DNA of 64,000 nucleotides from the NCBI RefSeq assembly GCF_006345805.1, contig NW_021834155.1:1-64000 (forward strand), given 5' to 3'. Below the pieces are notes generated by a model. The model did not search any database. It had not been told where the DNA came from and saw nothing but the letters and a program-made list of their open reading frames with translations. Source of the stretch: Octopus sinensis. Taxonomy: Eukaryota. The translations under genes and the position numbers were made by a program. Of this stretch, positions 39,483 through 51,323 are shown one piece after another (within the stretch, counting starts at the first letter, position 1; every line of letters starts with the position of its first letter).

Positions 39483-40138
39483 TAACAACAAACAAAATGA
39501 GAACAAATATCCGTAAAATATAAATAATGGAAATAATGGAAATTATTTATATTTGAAATTTTCTACATTTTTAAATTGCAAAGTCTTTGATCAGATCCTT
39601 ACTATGACACCACGAACGCTTCGAAATTATTTCCTGTCTTATAACCACTTCGAACATTATTTTAGTTTTGTGTGGTAAGTAGCTTGCTTACCAACCACAT
39701 GATTCCAGGTTCAGTCCCACTGCGTGGCACCTTGGGCAAGAGTAAAAAGAGTGTATAGTGAATTTATTTGTGCCGTAAACCATTCGTCATTCCTTCATAC
39801 CCTAAAGAATAAGCAAATGCTTATTTCGCTTAATGGTTAATCCAGCACTGCCTAGAAATAGCATTGAAGTCTTCTTCTGATCACACTCTACTGTCTTTGG
39901 AAAATGAAGGACATATATTCACTGCCTGAGAAAATAATGACCGGATGGGCACGGTTTTTGAATTTCTTTAACGATGGATGACACCTCATGGGACTGACCT
40001 TGCGCAAACAATAACGACGTCAGTACACACACATATATATATACACACATACACACAATGACACACGCGCAGGTGCACTCATAAATATACACTTCCACTT
40101 CCTCCCATCATTTGCACAGTCTCTATTCTCACCACATA

Positions 40139-40545
40139 GGGTGGCGAGCTGGCAAAAACGTTAGCACACCGAGTAAAATGCTTAGCAGTATTTCGTCTAC
40201 CGTTACGTTCTGAGTTCAAATTCCGCCGAGGTCGACTTTGCCTTTCATCTTTTCGGGGTCGATTAAATAAGTACCAGTTACGCACTGGGGTCGATATAAT
40301 CGACTTAATCCGTTTGTCTGTCCTTGTTTGTCCCCTCTGTGTTTAGTCCCTTGTGGGCAGTACAGAAATAGGTATTCTATCTGTCTTTACGTTCTGAGTT
40401 CAAACTCCACCGAGGTCGACTTTGCCTTTCATCCTTTCGGGGGTCGATCAATTAAGTACCAGTTACGCACTGGGGTCGATATAATCGACTTAATCCCTTT
40501 GTCCTTGTTTGTCCCCTTTATGTTTAGCCCCCTGTGGGCAAAAAA
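40139..40545 (+). mobile_element. SINE family B head-to-tail dimer
   Basis: Full unit 40139-40370, head-truncated unit 40371-40545. Confidence 0.9.
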
Positions 40546-40650
40546 AAAAATATCTGTTCTCACCACGTCCAACTTCCTTTTCTTGTAACATTTCATGGAA
40601 TTGAAGGGAAGATGAGAAAAGATCATTGTCGTCGCATCCTGTCATCACCG

Positions 40651-40700
<50 letters not shown>

Positions 40701-40939
40701 GAGTATGATGATGATGATGATGATCTTTTTTCTTATTGGCCGCAAGGGTCCAAGACATTGAAGTCGATATTCAAAAGACGAACTACCACATCCAAATGAT
40801 GGGGTTTGCATTGGTCAAAGGATACCAACAACAATAAAAATTAGAACAAAACAAAATATAGATATAAAATTCGGAAACATAAATAAATAAGTATATGCAT
40901 AGTATATGCCCGGTACAGTCACGATTCGACCAGCTCGCC

Positions 40940-41002
<63 letters not shown>

Positions 41003-41004
41003 GT

Positions 41005-41688
41005 AATGAAAAGAAACATAACAAGTAACTGCAGAATATGTGGAGATGGACAAGAAACAATAAATCATATTATCTCTAGCTGCCCAGTCTTGGCTAAGAA
41101 GGAATATATTCACAGACATGACAGAGTTGGAACTTACATACATTGGAAGCTATGCCAACATTATGGAATAACAACAGAAAAAAGATGATATAGGCACACA
41201 CCAGAAAAGGTCACAGAAAAACGAGAAAGCAACCATACTCTGGGATATGCCAATACACACAGATAGAGAAATTAAGGCCAACAGACCAGATATAGTTGTC
41301 AGAGATCATGAAGAAAAAAAAGCTTCCTAATTGATGTATCAATACCGGCAGATGACAACGTGTCTCTAAAAGAAATGGAGAAACTCTCAAAATACAAAGA
41401 CCTGGAAATAGAGGTAACCAGAATGTGAATCTAAAAACAGAAACAATTCCTATCATAGTAGGTGCATTAGGCATGATAAAAAATATTCAGACAATACATA
41501 ACAAAAACACCAGGACTTACAAACACATATAACATACAGAAAATTGCACTACTAGGCACTGCACACATCCTACGCAGAACACTTTCCTTACAATAACCAT
41601 CAGAGCATCACAACAAATCACAGCACATACCCAAGGCACACAGAGCTGTGCTCGGTAGTGAAGTGAAAGCATGATATGAAATAAACTA

Positions 41689-41691
<3 letters not shown>
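41005..41691 (+). mobile_element. R4/Dong-type LINE 3' end (CCHC knuckle + RLE endonuclease) with (AAT)n tail
   Basis: CRICGDGQETINHIISSC, RHDRVG..HWKLC, ILWDMPIHTDREIKANRPDIVV, LIDVSIP, KYKDLEIE; stops and frameshifts. Confidence 0.92.
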
Positions 41692-41753
<62 letters not shown>

Positions 41754-41758
41754 TAATA

Positions 41759-41799
<41 letters not shown>

Positions 41800-41803
41800 T
41801 AAT

Positions 41804-42010
41804 CCTTTCAACTATAGGCACAAGGACTGATATTTTTGGAGAGGAGGCAGTCAGGTCAATTAGATCAACCCAGTACGCCAACTGGTACTTAATTTATCGA
41901 CCCCGAAAGGATGAAAGGCAAAGTCAACCTCGGCGGAATTTGAACTCAGAACGTAGCACCGGCGAAATACTGCTAAGCATTTCGCTCGGAGTGCTAACGA
42001 TTCTGCCAGC
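41804..42010 (-). mobile_element. SINE family B
   Basis: Body and head match. Confidence 0.85.
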
Positions 42011-42038
42011 ACACTACTTTAAAAAAGAAATCATCTTC

Positions 42039-42115
<77 letters not shown>

Positions 42116-42479
42116 TAGCAACAGCAATAACAATGCTGTTACACAATATACAGTGATGAAAACAATCTCTGAAACACAAAAGGCAAATATTTTATTCTAT
42201 GAAACAATGTTATTTTCGCCTGCGAAAACATTTATTGGTGCAAAAATGTCGTTATTGTGTAAGGCATCATCGGAAATACATATTTGAGTAGCCAATCAGG
42301 TGTGGCAATATCGACATATTGGACAAGACAGGGTCTCAAGGGACCTGAATCACAAAGCATCCAACAGGCATACAGATTTCATTTGTGTTATGCCCGTGTG
42401 TTACACAAACAACATAAATGCATTATGTATTTGATACACACAACATACACATGTATATATCATATGCTATATATTTATA

Positions 42480-42882
42480 GGCGCAGGAGTGGCTGTGTGG
42501 TAAGTAGCTTGCTTACCAACCACATGGTTCCGGGTTCAGTCCCACTGCGTGGCACCTTGGGCAAGTGTCTTCTACTATAGCCCCGGGCCGACCAATGCCT
42601 TGTGAGTGGATTTGGTAGACGGAAACTGAAAGAAGCCCGTCGTATATATGTATATATATGTGTGTGTGTGTTTGTGTGTCTGTGTTTGTCCCCCTAGCAT
42701 TGTTTGACAACCGATGCTGGTGTGTTTACGTCCCTGTCACTTAGCGGTTCGGCAAAAGAGACCGATAGGATAAGTACTGGGCTTACAAAAGAATAAGTCC
42801 AGGGGTCGAGTTGCTTGACTAAAGGCGGTGCTCCAGCATGGCCGCAGTCAAATGACTGAAACAAGTAAAAGAGTAAAAGAGA
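42480..42882 (+). mobile_element. SINE family A, full length (cleanest reference copy)
   Basis: GGCGCAGGAGTGGCTGTGTGG (A box), GGTTCAGTCC (B box), ccttgggcaagt CORE-like start, internal (TA)(TG), AAAAGAGT tail. Confidence 0.93.
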
Positions 42883-43469
42883 GAGAGAGCATACATATCT
42901 GAAAGCATACATTTATGTTTCTCTGTGTGTGTGTTTGTATTAAAATACTCGAATCATTTGTAAGATATTTAATCATATATAAATAAATATACACACTTTA
43001 TAATTACATAATGAGTTGTTTTGTTTGAGTTGTAGTAAGTCTTCTTGAATTTTAGGGAGTAAAAACTGTACATAAATCATACATACACACACATACGAAC
43101 ACAAACACAGAGAGAGAGATTAATTTATGTGTTATTTATGTAATACAATATTCCACAAGTTTTCATTGTGTCTTATCCTCATGTCTTTGTTATTCCGAGA
43201 ATAACCAAAAGCTACCTCTATTATAAATGTATGAGTGTTTGCAGAAACCGGTGTGAAAGGGTGCGTCGAGACGCGTTCCTTTCTAACGAATGATTAAATA
43301 AACATTCAGCAATTGGAATCGATATATTAGTATACATGCAGAACAGCCGTCACTCGCGAGCGAGTATCGTTTGGTAAGGCGTACCGTGGTTTCGCTAATT
43401 GTTTTAAGTGCCTGCATAGTCGCTTGCACACATAGACACCCTCTCGGCCCCCATCACGTTTAAGTTATT

Positions 43470-43890
43470 GTAAGAAGTTGGATGTGATAGATGGAGAGGG
43501 AGAGAGATGGGGAGAGTGGGGGAGAGAGAAATAGAGGGAAGGGAGGGAGAAAGAGGGAGAGGGGGAGAGAGAGAAAGATGGAGAGAGTGAGGGAAAGAGA
43601 AATAGAGGGAAGGGAGATGGAAAAGGAGAGGGAGAAAAAGATGGGGAGAGTGAGGGAGAGAGAAATAGAGGGAAGGGAGATAGAAAGAGGGAGAGGGAGA
43701 GAGAGAGAAAGATGGGGAGAGTGAGGGAAAGAGAAATAGAGGGAAGGGAGATAGAAAGAGAGAGAGAGAGAAGCAGAGGGAAGGGAGATAGAAGGAGTGA
43801 GAGAGAAACGTGAGAAGGGAGAGAAAGATGGGAAGAGTGAGGGAGAGGGAAATAGAGGGAAGGGAGATAGATAGAGTGAGAGAGAGCGAG
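43470..43890. repeat. Polypurine tract with higher-order repeats of gagaaagatggggagagtgagggagagagaaatagagggaaggga
   Basis: Direct reading. Confidence 0.9.
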
Positions 43891-44435
43891 AAAGCTTCCC
43901 TAGCAACGACTGGTACGCATTAACGACTTAATAAGACTTGGATAATGCGACATGAAATAAACTGCTCTAGAACGCATCTCGCTGCCCAGCTCAGGAATCG
44001 ACCCCACGACATTGCGATCAAGAAGCCGAATGCCTCCCAATGACAACGCACCTTCACGATAAAAAAGTGACCTCACCGAAATATGGAATGGAGTCGACAG
44101 GAGAGGCGAAGACCGTTGTCTGCTTGCAAAGCGAGGTTTCAATTGTATGACTGTTAAATAAGAGAAACTTGGTGGAAGCCCAAGGTGTAATGTGCGTGTG
44201 TGTGTGTGTGTGTGCGTGTGTGTGTGTGTGTATGTGGTGTGTCTGTGTCTGTGCGTGTGCGTGTGCGCGCGCGCTTGTGTAGGCATCGTACGTTGCTTGA
44301 TGTGATCTTTCCTTCGTTTCTCCTTCTTTTTCAATGCTTTTACCATCATCTTCTTCTCCCTCTCATTTCCTCTCTCTCTCTTTCTTTCTGTCTCTCTCTC
44401 TCACTCAGTTTAATTATTTTAAGCTTCGCCTCGAA

Positions 44436-45490
44436 GGCGGCGAGCTGGCAGAAACATTAGCGCGCCGGGCGAAATGCGTAGTCGTATTTCGTCTGCCGTT
44501 ACGTTCTGAGTTCAAATTCCGCCGAGGTCGACTTTGCCTTTCATCCTTTCGGGGTCGATTAAATAAGTACCAGTTACGCACTGGGGCCGATATAATCGAC
44601 TTAATCCCTTTGTCTGTCCTTGTTTGTCCCCTCTGTGTGTAGCCCCTTGTGGGCAGTACAGAAATAGGTATTCTATCTGTCTTTACGTTCTGAGTTCAAA
44701 TTCCGCTGAGGTCGACTTTGCCTTTCATCCTTTCGGAGTCGATTAAATAAGTACCAGTTACGCACTGGGGTCGATATAATCGACTTAATCCGTTTGTTTG
44801 TCCTCTGTGTTTAGCCCCTTGTGGGTAGTAAAGAAATAGGTATTTCGCCTGCCGCTACGTTCTGAGTTCAAATTCCGCCGAGGTCGACCTTGCCTTTCAT
44901 CCTTTCGAAGTCGATAAATTAAGTACCAGTTACGCACTGGGGTCGATGTTTTCGACTTAATCCGTTTGTCTGTCCTTGTTTGTCCCCTCTCTGTTTAATC
45001 CCCTTTGGGCAATAAAGAAATAAGAATCGTTAGCACACCGGACGAAATGCTTAGCGGCGAGATGACAGAAACGTTAGCACGCCGGGCGAAATGCGTAGCC
45101 GTATTTCGTCTGCCGTTACGTTCTGAGTTCAAATTCCGCCGAGGTGGCTTTGCCTTTCATACTTTCGGGGTCGATTAAATAAGTACCAGTTACGCACTGG
45201 GTTCCATATAATCGATCAATCCCTTCTCTCCAGCATTTCAGGCCCCCACTCCATACTAGAAATGATTATTATCTGAAGAAGCCTCTCAGACAGAATCGTA
45301 AGCATGCCGGACTAAATGCTTAGCAGCTTTTCGTCCGTCTTCACGTTTTGATTCTGAATGCGCCGAGCCCGACTTTGCCTTTCATCCTTTTAGGGTCGAT
45401 AAAATAAGTGCCAGTTGATCACTGCGGTCGATTTAATCGACTCAGCCCCTCCCACGAAATTGCTGGCCTTGTGCCAAAATTTGAAAACAT
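44436..45490 (+). mobile_element. Cluster of five tandem SINE family B units plus a head fragment
   Basis: Units start at about 44436, 44667, 44839, 45056 and 45292. Confidence 0.88.
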
Positions 45491-45570
45491 CATTTCAAGC
45501 GCCCGTCTGGCTGTCTGGTTGGCTCTCTTTCTCTCTCTCTCTCGCTCTCTATCTCTATCTCTCTCTCTCC

Positions 45571-45602
<32 letters not shown>

Positions 45603-46017
45603 CTCTCACTGCCTCTCCCTCATATTCAAATTCAGTGTCTCTATACCAATTCTCTATTTCTTTTTCTCTCTTTTTCTCCCTTTCTTTTACAGTCTCTTTA
45701 TTTCGTTCTGTAACAACCACTCTCCCGCTCGTCCTCTCTCTCTCTCTCTCTCTCTCTCTTACCCTCACTCTTGCTATGAATTCTCCACGTCATCCTCTCT
45801 CTCTCTCTCTCTCCTCTACCTTTCACTCTAACCACCCCCCTCTCTATACTCCAATTTCCCAATCCCACTCGTTCACATTTGAACAACGAAAGAAACTTAA
45901 CGAGCCAAATGTGAAAGGTCTGTACGTAGTTGCTCAACTGGCTAAAAACAGCAGTCAAATCACCCTCAAATCACGCTCACCCTTCCGTCATAAAGACGCG
46001 GAGGCAGAAACACATTG

Positions 46018-46623
46018 GATGACGAAGTCCCAAATTCATAAAACTAAAGAAGTCGGAATGATCGCGGATGGACTCTCTTTGATGAAGTCCCAAATTCATA
46101 AAACTAAAGAAGTGGGAATGGTCGTGGATGGACTCTCTTTGATGAAGTCCCAAATTCATAAAACTAAACAAGTCGGAATGGTCGCGGATGGACTCTCTTT
46201 GATGAAGTCCCAAATTCATAAAAGTAAACAAGTCGGAATGGTCGCGGATGGACTCTCTTTGATGAAGTCCCAAATTCATAAAAGTAAAGAAGTGGGAATG
46301 GTCGCGGATGGACTCTCTTTGATGAAGTCCCAAATTCATAAAACTAAACAAGTCGGAATGGTCGCGGATGGACTCTCTTTGATGAAGTCCCAAATTCATA
46401 AAAGTAAACAAGTGGGAATGGTCGCGGATGGACTCTCTTTGATGAAGTCCCAAATTCATAAAAGTAAACAAGTGGGAATGGTCGCGGATGGACTCTCTTT
46501 GATGAAGTCCCAAATTCATAAAACTAAACAAGTCGGAATGGTCGCGGATGGACTCTCTTTGATGAAGTCCCAAATTCATAAAAGTAAACAAGTCGGAATG
46601 GTCGCGGATGGACTCTCTTTGAT
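46018..46623. repeat. Minisatellite, 10 x 60 bp, open reading frames on both strands
   Basis: Unit gatgaagtcccaaattcataaaaStaaaSaagtSggaatggtcgcggatggactctcttt. Confidence 0.97.
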
Positions 46624-47095
46624 CATACGTCTATTCAGTCAAGACTAGATTGGGAACTAAACAACAAAAACAACATACCCCGTGGCGGTCGGGGGTGACG
46701 GAGCAGAATAAAAGGGGTTTGCCAGGTAAGTTCTACAATGAGTGGAAGAAGGGCTGGGGTGAGAAAGGGTGAGATGATGTAATATTTAAGGGGCTGAAAG
46801 GACGGCTGTGTAGGGGTGATGGGTATGTCAGCCCATTCGCTATTATAGGGCTAAGCTGAGAAAACAAGACTTTGATGACGGTTGCTTCTTTTCTGTTGTT
46901 GTTATAATTAGGAGAGGAGAACTACATCCGGCTTCGTTGAGAGAGAATCTATGGGAACATGTGTGTGTGTGTGTGTGTGCGCGCGCGCGTGTATGTGTGT
47001 GTGTATGTGTGTGTGTGTGTGTGTGTGTGCGTGCGTGCGTGTGCGTGCATGCGTGTGTGTGAGTGTGTGTCGGAATCTGGGAATATATATATATA

Positions 47096-47493
47096 CTAGC
47101 AGTATCGCCCGGCGTTGCTCGGGTTTGTAAGGGAAATAACTATATAAGCATTTTTAGAGAGTTATAGCCAAAAATAGCAAAAAAATGCATTAAAAATGGA
47201 AAAAAAAATTATGGTAAACTTTTTAAAAAATCGTTGACTCATCATAGACATTTTTAGAGAGTTACTTCCTTTATATAATAACGAAAAAATGCATTAAAAT
47301 GGAAAAAAATTATGGTAAATTATTTTCAAAATCGTAGACTCATCGTAGACGCGCGCTAATACCCAGAAGGGCTCGATATGAATCACGACTATAATATACC
47401 CGGTTTTGGTTACACTGCACCGCAAAATGTGAGAGTAGTTAGGAATCTAAATCGTAGGAGACAGACACACAACTTCACTTTTATATATAAAGA
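47096..47493 (-). mobile_element. Non-autonomous Helitron, first of a tandem pair
   Basis: CTAG end at 47096-47099; TC start at 47493-47492. Confidence 0.92.
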
Positions 47494-48007
47494 CTAGCAG
47501 TATCGCCCGGCGTTGCTCGGGTTTGTAAGGGAAATAACTATATAAGCATTTTTAGAGAGTTACTTCCCTTATAGATGCCAATTCGGGCTTTCTTAGCCAT
47601 TTCTGTTTTGGTGTCTTCAAGCCATGAAGTCGTTGTTCTAAAACAACGCTGGTCTCCTTGACAACGCTTTACGACGTTGATTTCCTTAAACTCCCTTCCC
47701 CACAGCTTCACGAGGGAGGGAAGGGGGAGAAGCAAACACAAGTGCGGGTGTTTGAGCGTGGACGCCAACTCCGCCGCCATCGACACACGAAAAATTATGC
47801 ATTAAAATGGAATAAAAAATGATGTTAAATTATTTTTAAAATCGTAGACTCATCGTAGACGCGCGCTAATAGCCAGACGGGCTCGATATTAATCACGACT
47901 ATAAGATACCCGAATTTGGTTAAACTGCACCGCAAAATGTGGGAGGAGTTAGGAATCTAAATCGAAGGGGACAGACACTCACACAACTACAGTTTTATAT
48001 ATATAGA
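47494..48007 (-). mobile_element. Non-autonomous Helitron with a 213-bp insert (47574-47786)
   Basis: CTAG at 47494-47497, TC at 48007-48006; the insert is absent from the other four copies. Confidence 0.9.
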
Positions 48008-48009
48008 TA

Positions 48010-48248
48010 TATATGTATATGTAAAAAAATACAAACTGGGACAAGAACGCAAAACATTTAGAAGACGATACAAAAAAACACGAACAGGACATTCGAAGCC
48101 TTCAATCTTCAGTCAAGAACCGATCATCCTTGCAATTTCGGCAGATTAATCTGAGATTGCTCCGATCTGGCCAGCCCCAAAGGAAAATCTAAGCCAAGCG
48201 CATTAGGTTCCTTGGAAGAAAGCCTCGAATGTATACAAAACAAGGACG

Positions 48249-48250
<2 letters not shown>
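48010..48250 (-). mobile_element. Probable Penelope 3'/pLTR remnant (diverged relative at 57200-57420 +)
   Basis: Shared ctaatgc.ctt.gcttaga and cttgactga.ga segments. Confidence 0.4.
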
Positions 48251-48319
<69 letters not shown>

Positions 48320-48346
48320 CATACATATACATACATACACATACAT

Positions 48347-48409
<63 letters not shown>

Positions 48410-48633
48410 CACGTTCCAATAATTTCTTTTAAAAATCTACCTAACATCTCTACTCACGCATTCTCTTTCTTCTCTCTCTCTCTCTCTCTCTCTCCCTCTT
48501 TAAGTGTGCTTCTATATATATCTTTATATACACAGACACTCACACACGCATGCATCTGTGTATGATATGTGTATATGTGTGGTACATATATGCGTGTACA
48601 TTTATAGACAAATATTATATATATATATATATA

Positions 48634-48680
48634 CCGTAAATCCTCGAGTATAGTCCGCCCTTGAGTATAATACGCAGGGG
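48634..48680. mobile_element. Solo TIR of the 36286-36811 MITE family
   Basis: ccgtaaatcctcgagtatagtccgcccttgagtataat. Confidence 0.8.
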
Positions 48681-48785
48681 ATTATACCACCACGCAATGG
48701 GACTGAACCCGAAACCACGTGGTCGGGAAGCAAGCTTCCTACCACACACCCACGCCTTAAAAATTTAATAGATTTTAGATATCTG

Positions 48786-49014
48786 TTTCTTTATTGCCCA
48801 CAAGGGGCTAAACATAGAGGGGACAAACAAGGACAGACAAACGGATTAAGTCGATTACATCGACCCCAGTGCGTAACTGGTACTTAATTTATCGACCCCG
48901 AAAGGATGAAATGCAAAGTCGACCTCGGCCGAATTTGAACTCAGAACGCAACGACAGACGCAATACCGCTAAGCATTTCGCCCGGTGTGCTAACGTTTCT
49001 GCCAGCTCGCCGCC
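48786..49014 (-). mobile_element. SINE family B, full length
   Basis: ggcggcgagctggcagaaacgttagc head through aaagaaa tail. Confidence 0.92.
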
Positions 49015-49898
49015 TTATATATAATAGATTTATATAATAGATTTTAGATATCGAGTGGCCACGCGGGTAGCCACCCTATCCCTTATTTGAATAGGTATTA
49101 AATGAATCCATTGGCAAACGTGGTTGAGAATCACTGCTACAGATGGCGTTTTGTTGGTCTTGGTGTCTTGTGACACTCGTACGTGCTTCTGTGGAGCAAT
49201 CATAGGATGGGATGTCGGGTATAGAGCGACATGACATCCATGTTACTCGCGGCGATATGATGAACTCTACTGATACAGCTGCCCTTCAGGATCACTGCGC
49301 TTGTACTTGCAATCGAAATATACACACTTATACACACACACACATACATGCACACATACACACACACACACTCACAAGCATACACAGTCGCACATACACA
49401 TACACACAAGCAAACGCGCACTGACACACAAACGCACATAATCACACACGCACATACATACACATGCACACACACATGCACACGCGAACTGGTACACAAA
49501 CGCACATATGCACATACGCACGCACATACACACGCGCACGCACTCACATGCACGCAGACACACATACACACACACACACACACGCACGCACACAAGCACA
49601 AAAGCACACACACACCGGACACACTGACACACACATTTACACTTCAGTACACACTTTTATGCTGCTAAAGTGACATGCACACCCACTACACGAGAGTAAG
49701 TTTATCAATACACACACATACATACACACTCTCTCACGTGCACTCACAAGTACTTATATGTGCAAACGCACGCATACATACATATACATGGACACAGCAA
49801 GCAATTTCGATAGCCACAAAGCCAACGGAATGCTCTGTCTTAAACAAAGGAGGTATTTTCATCACCTCTCTCCAATTCTAGATATCCAATTCTAGATA

Positions 49899-50232
49899 AC
49901 TACTCCCACATTTTGCGGTGCAGTTTAACCAAAACCGGGTATCTTATAGTCGTGATTCATATCGTGTCCTTCTGGGTATTAGTGCGCGTCTACGATGAGT
50001 CTACGATTTTAAAAAATCATTTTTTTCCCATTTTAATGCATTTTTTCGCTATTATATAAGGGAAGTAACTCTCTAAAAATGTCTACGATGAGTCAACGAT
50101 TTAAAAAAAAATTTACCATCATTTTTTTCCATTTTTAATGCATTTTTTGCTATGTTTTGGCTATAATTCTCTAAAAATGCTTATATAGTTATTTCCCTTA
50201 CAAACCCGAGCAACGCCGGGCGATACTGCTAG
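49899..50232 (+). mobile_element. 5'-truncated non-autonomous Helitron
   Basis: Hairpin and CTAG|T at 50229-50233; preceded by a 14-bp direct repeat tccaattctagata x2. Confidence 0.88.
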
Positions 50233-50573
50233 TACTAAATATATCTAAGTTTTATCAACTGGGATATATATACTTCATTGACGAGAACTAACAAGACCGA
50301 AACATCTGTGTTACTTTCACTGACTTTAAAGACAACATCCACTCCTAACTGCATTGTTTTTATTTTCCTAAGATTCGAATTAACTGATATTACTGGAGTT
50401 ATTTTCTTGCTTGTAGTTTATAGATTTTAAGCACCTCTAGAGGGAGTTTTTATCAACTAATTGTGCAGATAATCGAAGTTTTCTTACATACGTAGGTCTA
50501 GATGAATTCATACGATAGTTAACTACACCCACCCACACTCTGTATATATATGTACATATAAGTATATATCCAC

Positions 50574-50622
<49 letters not shown>

Positions 50623-50909
50623 ACATACACACACACACATATATATATATATATACATAATGTTAGTCATTTATATTTTATTCACAAGTCACGGAATCTG
50701 CCCTTCGTAAATATTATGGACCGTATATTTAATATAATGTTTATGTTTGAATACCTCAAAAGAGGATTACTTCATTCAGCTGGGTCTAAATGTCTACATA
50801 CACGGCTGGTTGTACCAAGTTTGACGTTTACTTAATACTATTGTGTATGTATATTATTGCAACCTAATGAGGTACCTCAATTTAAGTATACATACTACAT
50901 ACACACACA

Positions 50910-50941
<32 letters not shown>

Positions 50942-50951
50942 ACACACACAC

Positions 50952-51016
<65 letters not shown>

Positions 51017-51119
51017 ATATAGAGTTAATCCAAACAAGAAAGCACAAAAAACACAAAACGCGAGGACGTGGAGCAAATATAGTATTATTGGATGCTCAGG
51101 AAAGAAGGAAAGAAGGAGC

Positions 51120-51154
51120 GTTTAACGTTTCGAGCGGAGCTCTTCGTCGGAAAC
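51120..51154 (-). ncRNA. Minimal type I hammerhead motif, CCGACGA core
   Basis: GTTT-CCGACGA-a-GAGC(tcc)GCTC-GAAA-CGT-T-AAAC. Confidence 0.7.
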
Positions 51155-51291
51155 ATAGGAGAAGGAAAGATCAAGAGAAGGGAAGACAGAGGAAAAAAAT
51201 CGCCAACGGTACACACGAGGTCACATTTTGAAAGTCACAAATCTATTACAGACAAGTTAGGGAAAAAAAAAAATATATATATGTATGTATG

Positions 51292-51323
<32 letters not shown>

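Noticed and set aside
46018-46623. CRISPR-like or box C/D snoRNA reading of the 60-bp array
   Set aside because: Units are contiguous with no unique spacers; TTGATGA has no matching D box, and TGATGA-AGTCC..GGACT lacks the GAAA needed for a hammerhead.
50278-50312. TTGACGA..GACC-GAAACATCTGT
   Set aside because: Stem II is broken and stem I is absent.
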